The notes under the pieces: model-generated
Seen by the model: only the letters and a program-made list of their open reading frames with translations
What the model was told of the DNA's origin: nothing
The model's database searches: none
Made by a program: the position numbers and the translations under genes
Shown: positions 56,724 through 64,000 of the stretch, one piece after another
Layout: each line of letters starts with the position of its first letter
Position numbering within the stretch: the first letter of the stretch is position 1
NCBI GenBank assembly: GCA_038087875.1
Contig: CM075995.1
Coordinates: 1,552,001 to 1,616,000 of the forward strand
Length of the DNA stretch: 64,000 bases
Direction of reading: 5' to 3'
Source of the DNA: Malacoraja senta
Taxonomy: Eukaryota

Positions 56724-57337
56724 AACTTCAGACTGAAAATCACAGGAAAGGTAAACGAGAGGTATAGACAGCGATGTGGAGAGATATCCATGCTGCATCT
56801 ATCTCTAGACAAGAGTAACCAGCGTGAAAGTAAATGACCTGAAAGTATGTGCACAGCTTTGCGAAACTTTCAACCCCTTTGCTTTAAGACCTGTGGACGA
56901 GCATAACTGTGAAATTGTGTAGCCCTCTGATGCGGAAGATGCTTCAATGTGCAATGGGAGATGGATGGTGATGTGCCAACATTGGATATCTGAGGCTTGG
57001 ATAGTGGCCAAGCACCGCTAAAGGCCTTTCCATGAGAACTGGGCATGGCTCCACCAACAGTCCAGATGTTGACATTGACCAAGGCTCCCCTCAGGGTGAA
57101 CTTGTCCCTAGTTTCAGGAAGGAGAAGGAAGAGTACTCTCAGTGGAGTCCACGGCCCATCTGCTTGGTGATGTGTGTGCAAACTATAAATACATCCCACT
57201 ATCAGCGATATACACTGAACCATTCCTGTGACTGATGAGGCTTTCTCTCTTACACGGCAATGCAAGGACATTGTCGAGCTTCTCCTTGAAATAATTTCAA
57301 CGGAGGTGAAAGAACTTTGGACCCCGACGATCGCATT

Positions 57338-57645
57338 AGGGCGGGACGATGGCGCAGAGTTGCTGCCTTACAGAGCTAAGCAGCGCAGGAGACCCGGGTT
57401 CGATCCCGACCATGGGTGCTGCCTGTGCGGAGTTTGCAGGTTCTCCCCGTGACCTGCGTAGGTTTTCTCCGAGATCGTCGGTTTCCTCCCGCACTCCAAA
57501 GACATGCAGGTTTGTAGGTTAATTGGCTTGGTGTAAGTGTAAATTGGCCCCAGTGTGTGTAGGATAGTGTTAGTGTGCGGGCATCGCTGGTCGGTGCGGA
57601 CTGGACGGGCCGAAGGGCCTGTTTCCGCGCTGTATCTCTAAAACG
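57338..57645 (+). mobile_element. HE1-like V-SINE
   Basis: A and B boxes, body, 3' tail. Confidence 0.83.
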
Positions 57646-57949
57646 AGAGCTAAAACCTCACAATATTTTAAAAGCTCAATGTTTCCTTCATCAAACAGGT
57701 GCTCTTCCCCTCCAGTGCAAAGAGCTGGAAGAAAGGGAATATTTTCTCAGGTTGCTAACTCAGTTAAAATAAACCTCCTCGGGGTAGCTTCCAGTGCATA
57801 ACCTTGATCCTATCGGAGGAGAGTATTCGGAATGGAAGATAATTCGCATGGAGTGAATCTTTCTACCTTTGCCTTCTTCTCTCTGAACTATCTCTGGAAT
57901 TCTCTCCCTCGACCTTTTCGTACTTTACTGCATTCCTTCAAACTCACCT

Positions 57950-58185
57950 CTTCGACTAAGAGGGGGCGGAGATGGACTTGGAGGGGAAGATGCTCCTCAA
58001 ACTGCGGAGCATCCTGGACAATACAGCTCACACCCCCTCCATGACACACTGGTCAACCTGAGGAGCACCTTCAGCAGCAGACTGGTTCCACCAAGATGCA
58101 GCACGGAACGCCACAGGAGATCCTTCTTCCCTGTGGCTATCAAACTGTACAACTCCTCCACCTTCTGTCGTGGGGTAGACTGACT
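57950..58185 (+). mobile_element. Rex1-like 3' fragment
   Basis: SILDNTAHPLH...TERHRRSFFPVAIKLYN. Confidence 0.75.
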
Positions 58186-58679
58186 GAAAAAGACTTAATA
58201 GGAATCTGAGGGGTAACTTGTTCACACAAAGGGTGGTGGGTGTATGGAACAAGCTGCCAGAGGAGGTAGTTGAGGCAGGGACTATCCTAACATTTAAGAA
58301 ACAGGTTTGGAGGGATATGGACCAAACGCGGGCAGGTTGGACCAGTGTAGCTGGGGCATGTTGGCCTGTGTGGGCAATTTGGGCCGAAGGGCCTGTTTCC
58401 ACACTGTATCACTCTGACCAGAAGATCATAAGACATAGGACCTGCTGAGTTACTCCAACTGTTTGAGCCTGTTTATCTGTTGACAAGAGGCATGTCTTAT
58501 TAATGATGAGAGCATTCTTATGAACCTTCCTTGTCCTATGGATGGGTCAATTTGTCCGTTACCATAAGACGATGAGACATTGGAGCATAATTAGACCATT
58601 CTGCTCCATTAAGTCTGCTCCACCATTTGACATGGCTGATCTATCTTTCCTTCTTAACCCCATTCGCCTGCCTTCACAC

Positions 58680-59235
58680 AATCTGCCACAGGCAATGATG
58701 GTCCAATTCTACACGGCCGTCGTAGAGTCTGTTCTCACCTTCTCCATCATGGTCTGGTTTGGCTCAGCCACCAAACACGACACCTGGAGGCTGCAGCGAA
58801 TCGTCCGATCAGCTGAGAAGGTTATTGGCTGCAACCTTCCCTCCATTGATGAGCTGTACACTGCACGGGCCAGGAAGCGAGCGGGCAAGATCATCTCTGA
58901 CCCCTCTCACCCTGGCCACAAACTCTTTGAATCACTTCCCTCTGGAAGGCGACTCCGGACTGTCAAAGCTGCCACAGCCAGACATAAAAACAGTTTTTAT
59001 CCATGAGTAGTTGCTCTACTCAACAGCCAAAAATCTGTAGCCTCCCTTTGATCTGGTATTTTGTTGGTTCACATGCTTGATCAAGGGTGTTTTATCATTA
59101 ATGTTTTATTATTATTAATGTTTAGTGTTTTCTGAGTCATTCGTAACTGTCACTGTATGTCATGTTGTTACTTGTGGGCGGAGCACCAAGGCAAATTCCT
59201 TGTATGTGAATACTTGGCCAATAAACTTACTTACT
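58680..59235 (+). mobile_element. Rex1/Babar 3' fragment with UTR and (actt)n tail
   Basis: FYTAVVESVLTFSI..WFG..LQRIV..LPSGRRLR. Confidence 0.85.
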
Positions 59236-60744
59236 TCTCCCCCTAACTTCTGATGCACTTATTAGTCATGAACCTATCAATCTCCGCTTTAAAAATACCC
59301 AATGGCCTCCACAGCCATCTGTGGCAATGGATTCCACAGATATACCATCCTCTGGCTAAAAGAGTTCAAAGGCATGATCACAAATGCAAATCATTGCACA
59401 AGCTGGTACAAGTAGCAGACACAAGAGAATGTACCAGCTTTTCTTCCTGCATTAAAAAATCCTTCATACAACGTTGCCTTCCAAGATGGCGCCCAGCCCA
59501 GGCGTCTGTTTGCGTGCTGGCCACAGAAGCAGATCCACAATCATGTATTACAATCGCTCCACACTCGGAGATCTCCACTCCCACAGCAACATTGCTGACT
59601 TTAACTATGATCTTCTTTAAACTCCCCTCAGATACACTGTGAATGGCCCCGAATGTAATCATGCATTGTCTTTATGCTGAATGGTTAGCAAGTCTGTGGA
59701 ATTCTCTGCCTCACAGACTGGGTGGAGGCCAGTTCTCTGGATAGTTTCAAGAGAAAGCTAGATAGGGCTCTTAAAGATAGCGGAGTCAGGGGAGATATGG
59801 GGAGAAGGCAGGAACGGGGTACTGATTGGGGATGATCAGCCATGATCACATTGAATGGCGGTGCTGGCTCGAAGGGCTGAATGGCCTACTCCTGCACCTA
59901 TTGTCTATTGTCTATTGTCCATAACAGAAGCTTTTCACTGTACCTCGGTACGCGTGACAATAAACTAAACTGAGCTGAACTTCAGCGTTTCAACCTGGCT
60001 CTGATAGATTAGACACAAAATGCTGGAGTAACTCAGCGGGACGGGCAGCATCCCTGCATGGAAGGTGTAATGTAATGTAAATGCCAGCGCCCCCTTGAGG
60101 CCAGGAGTACAAGCTGGCGAGTTGGCCGGTGCCTCGGGACTGAGGTCGAGTGACCTTCTAGAAGTTTCTGTTAGTGTTGGAAATAAACGCTTCTTACAAG
60201 ATGGCGTCGGTGTGTCGGACGCGCGCTCATTGTGCTCGTCACAACAGGCAAATACAACAAACGCAACAGAAGGAATGGGTGACATTTCGGGTCGAGACCC
60301 TTCTTCAGACTGAGAGTCAGGGGAGAGGGAGACACAGAGATAAGGAAGTGCAAGGTGTGAAAACGAAACAGCACCCATTCCTTCTCTCCAGAGAAGCTGC
60401 CTGTCCCGCTGAGTTGCTCCAGCATTTTGTGTTTATCTTCGGTGTAAACCAGCATCTGCAGTTCCTTCCTACTGATAGATTACTGCTGGCATGGGTTTAT
60501 CATAAGCACTAACAAGGCTTTAGCTACATAAGAAATTACAATCACTCTTGCCCAACAGCTATGAGCAACCTGATATGAAATTACCAAAATGACCTTCAAA
60601 ATCAGCAATGAAGCATTTATTGCTATAATTGAGGTATAATAATCAACTTAATTAAAAGGGACACAAAGTACTGGAGTAACTCAGCAGGTCAGACAGCTTC
60701 TCCCGGGAACATGAATAGATGACGTATCAGGCTGGGACCCTTCT

Positions 60745-61520
60745 TATATAACCATATAACCATATAACAATTACAACACGGAAACAGGCCATCTCGGCCC
60801 TTCTAGTCGGTGCCGAACACTTACTCTCACCTAGTCCCATCTACCTGCACTCAGACCATATCCCTCCTTTCCTTTCCCGTCCATATACCTATTCAATTTA
60901 TTTTTAAATGATAAAATCGAACCTGCCTCCACCACTTCCACTGGAAGCTCATTCCACACAGCTACCACTCTCGGAGTAAAGAACTTCCCCCTCATGTTAC
61001 CCCTAAACCTCTGTCCCTTAATTCTCAAATCTTGTCCTCTTGTTTGAATCTTCCCTACTCTCAATGGAAAAAGCTTATCCACGTCAACTCTGTCTATCCC
61101 TCTCATAATTTTAAAGACCTCTATCAAGTCCCCCCTTAACCTTCTGCGCTCCAAAGAATAAAGACCTATCTTGTTCAACCTTTCTCTGTAACTTAGTCGC
61201 TGAAACCCAGGCAACATTCTAGTAAATCTTCTCTGTACTCTCTCTATTTTGTTGACATCTTTCCTATAATTTGGTGACCAAAATTGTACTCCATACTCCA
61301 GAATTGGCCTCACCAATGCCTTGTACAATTTTAACATTACATCCCAACTTCTATACTCAATGCTCTGATTTATAAAGGCCAGCACACCAAAAGCTTTCTT
61401 TACCACCCTATCTACATGAGATTCCACCTTCAGGGAACTATGCACAGTTATTCCTAGATCCCTCAGTTCAACTGCATTCCTCAATTCGCTACCATTTACC
61501 ATGTACGTCCTATTTTGATT
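60745..61520 (-). mobile_element. CR1 3' fragment, 223 aa open (60831-61502)
   Basis: RDLGI, LVRPILEY, TRGQ; (ggttatat)n tail. Confidence 0.92.
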
Positions 61521-61861
61521 TCTCCTTCTTCAGGAGCTGATTCTGTTTGCTTTAATAATATAGCGTTTTAAAAGATGAATATTGGTATCACGATGCCTAG
61601 TCATACGAGCAGCATCCGTGGAGGGAATGCGCAGGCGAGGCATTTAGGTTGGGACCCTTCTTCCTGACCCAAAACCTTGCCTGTCCATTCGCTCCACTGA
61701 TGCTGCCAGACTTGCTGAGTTTATCCAGCACCTTGTGTTTTGATCATGATTCCAATATTACAGTTTCTTGTGTCTGTGCGGTAAAACTGCTTCATTTCCG
61801 AGACATCTGAAACATACACCCACCAACCATGTAAAACTTTTCCCTTCATCTTCCACAAATA

Positions 61862-62360
61862 GGGGGCGGCACGGTGGCGCAGCGGTAGCGTGGCTGCTTT
61901 ACAGCGCCAGAGGCCCGGGTTCCATCCTGACTACGGGTGCTGCCTGTACGGAGTTTGTACGTTCTCCACGTGACCTGCGTGAATTTTCTCCGGGTGCTCC
62001 GGTTTCCTCCCGCACTCCAAAGACGTACAGTTTTGCAGGCTGATTGACTTGGTATAATCGTAAATTGTCCCTAGTGTGTGTAGGATAGTCATAAGGTCAT
62101 AAGGTCCTAAGTGATAGGGGCAGAATCAGGCCATTCGGCCCATCAAGCTTACTCCGCCATTCAATCATGGCTGATCTATCTCCCTCTCCTAACCCCATTC
62201 CCCTGCCTTCTCCCCATAACCTCTGACACCTGTACTAATCAAGAATCTATCTATCTCTGCCTTAAAAATATATCTATTCTCTGCCGATCGCTGGTCGGCA
62301 CGGACTCGGTGGGCCGAAGGGCCTGTTTCCGCACTGTATCTCTAAACTAAACTAAACTAA
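61862..62360 (+). mobile_element. HE1-like V-SINE interrupted by a CR1 tail (about 62088-62282)
   Basis: A and B boxes; (ctaaa)n tail. Confidence 0.8.
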
Positions 62361-62469
62361 TCCTGAAAGGGATAACAGGCTTAATTATAACAAACATTCA
62401 TGACATATACACCAGTTAGCGATGGCAGTTCAACTTACGGGCTCTAGCGTAGGTGGCACAGTTAATGCT

Positions 62470-62780
62470 AAGAGGCGCAGCGGTAGAGTTGCTGCCTTAC
62501 AGCGCCAGAGACCCGGGTTCGATCCTGACCACGGGTGCTTGTCTGTACCGAGTTTGTACCTTCTCCCCGTGACCTGCGTGGGTTTTCTCCGGGATCTTCG
62601 GTTTCCTCCCGCACTCCAAAGACGTCCAGGTTTGTAGGCTAATTGGCTTGGGTTTGCATACTTGGTACGAGTGTAAATTGTCCCTGGTGCGCGTAGGCTT
62701 GAGTTAGTGTGCGGGGATCGCTGGTCGGCGCGGACTCGGTGGGCAGAAGGGCCTGTTTCCGCGCCGCATCTCTAAAACAA
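62470..62780 (+). mobile_element. HE1-like V-SINE
   Basis: B box ggttcgatcc, body, tail. Confidence 0.83.
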
Positions 62781-63837
62781 AACTCCAGGGATCTAGGTTC
62801 CAGGTTCAATCCTGACCTCCATTGTTGCCTGTGTGGGGCAGACGCATTCTCCCTGTGAATGTTCAAGTTGCCCCCCCCGCTGTTTGTGCTTCCTCCCACA
62901 TCCCATCGACATGCTGATCAGCTCATTAGTTACTGCAGACTACCGCTGGTATGTGTGGGTAGTGGTAGAATCGGTGGGAGTTGATGCGCAGGTGAATAGG
63001 TTGATGAGTTCACACGCGATCGGAGCAGAATCAGGCCACTCGGCCCATCGAGTCTACTCCGCCGTTCAATCGTGGCTGATCTATCTCTCCCTCTCAACCC
63101 CATTCTCCTGCCTCCCCCCCGACACCCATACGAATCAAGAATCTATCTATCTCTGCCTTGGACATATCCATTGGCTTGGACTGCAAGGCCATCGGTGGCA
63201 AAGAGTTCCCACAGATTCACCACCCTCTGAGTAACAAAGGTCACTGTGGAATGGGATTTTGGGGAGAAGGCAGGGGAATGGGGTTGAGAGGGGGAGATAG
63301 GTCAGCCATGATTGAATGGCGGAGCAGGCTTGATGGGCCGAATGGCCTAATGCTGCCCCTATCACTTATGCACATGAACTTATGAATGTGTGCGTTAAAA
63401 GTCGCACCAAATGCATTGTAGGTCTAAAGTCTCCAGTGGGGTAGAGATGAATCGGACCGTAGCCGAGGTTATGGAGAATCCTGATAACAGAGGGGAAGTA
63501 GCTGTTCCTGAGCCTGCGCTGCCCTCTTCCAAGCTTCTGTATCTTCTGCTGGATGACACTGGGGCGGGACACGTCTTTGATCATAATGGAAGACAGAGAG
63601 ACACCTCAACTTGGACTTTGTCTTCTGGTCTAGATGATATCACAATAAAAAGAAAGGATATGAGGGTGGGGTAATGAGTCAGGAGGATGAGGGGTGATCG
63701 TATAGAGGTGTATGACATCATGAGAGGAATAGATCGGGTAGATGCACAGAGTCTCTTGCCCAGAGCAGGGGGATTGAGGACCAGAGGGCATAGGTTTAAG
63801 GTGAGGGGAAAAAGATTTAATAGGAAACTGAGGCTGA

Positions 63838-64000
63838 TGGGCCTGTCCCACTTGGGCGATTTTTAGGCGCCTGCAGGAGATTATGCAGTCGCCACATGGT
63901 CGGCGCATGTTCGTGGGTGGGTGCCGGGGAGTCGCCATCATGGTCGTGAGGAGTTCCCGCATTCTCGTCGCGGCCTCGTTATGGTCTGAATTTCACTCAG
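63838..64000. mobile_element. Left end of a Harbinger-like MITE (cut by window end)
   Basis: tga|tgggcctgtcccactt TIR. Confidence 0.7.

Noticed and set aside
56830..57335. Unique-looking stretch with short ORFs
   Set aside because: No recognisable motif on either strand.

Overview
This window is repeat-saturated eukaryotic DNA, intergenic or intronic, with no host gene I can recognise. The mix of CR1 LINEs, HE1-like tRNA-derived V-SINEs with CR1-type tails, Rex1/Babar, L1, Penelope-like and DIRS elements suggests a cartilaginous fish such as a skate or ray (inference). Every ORF with a recognisable product belongs to a transposon: CR1 RT, Vingi/Ingi RT, L1 ORF2, Rex1 RT, Gypsy gag-pol, DIRS gag/RT-RH-methyltransferase/tyrosine recombinase, and a Penelope GIY-YIG domain that the ORF track misses. 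The most notable signals are RNA structures. (1) A short non-autonomous retroposon of about 130 bp (two copies) begins with a 54-nt minimal HDV-like ribozyme fold and ends in a Vingi-like (GAA)n tail. (2) An RTE-derived element has a second HDV-like fold at its 5' end. (3) Many Penelope-derived short repeats carry minimal hammerhead motifs. Also present: a precisely delimited non-autonomous Helitron, a family of Harbinger-like MITEs, two complementary DIRS halves with a readable circle junction (ICR), an unusually built Gypsy element, and a ~3.2 kb tandem duplication that supplies empty sites for three later insertions. There are two 200-N gaps. Boundaries not supported by a TSD are approximate, and the ribozyme calls are folds made by eye, not tested.
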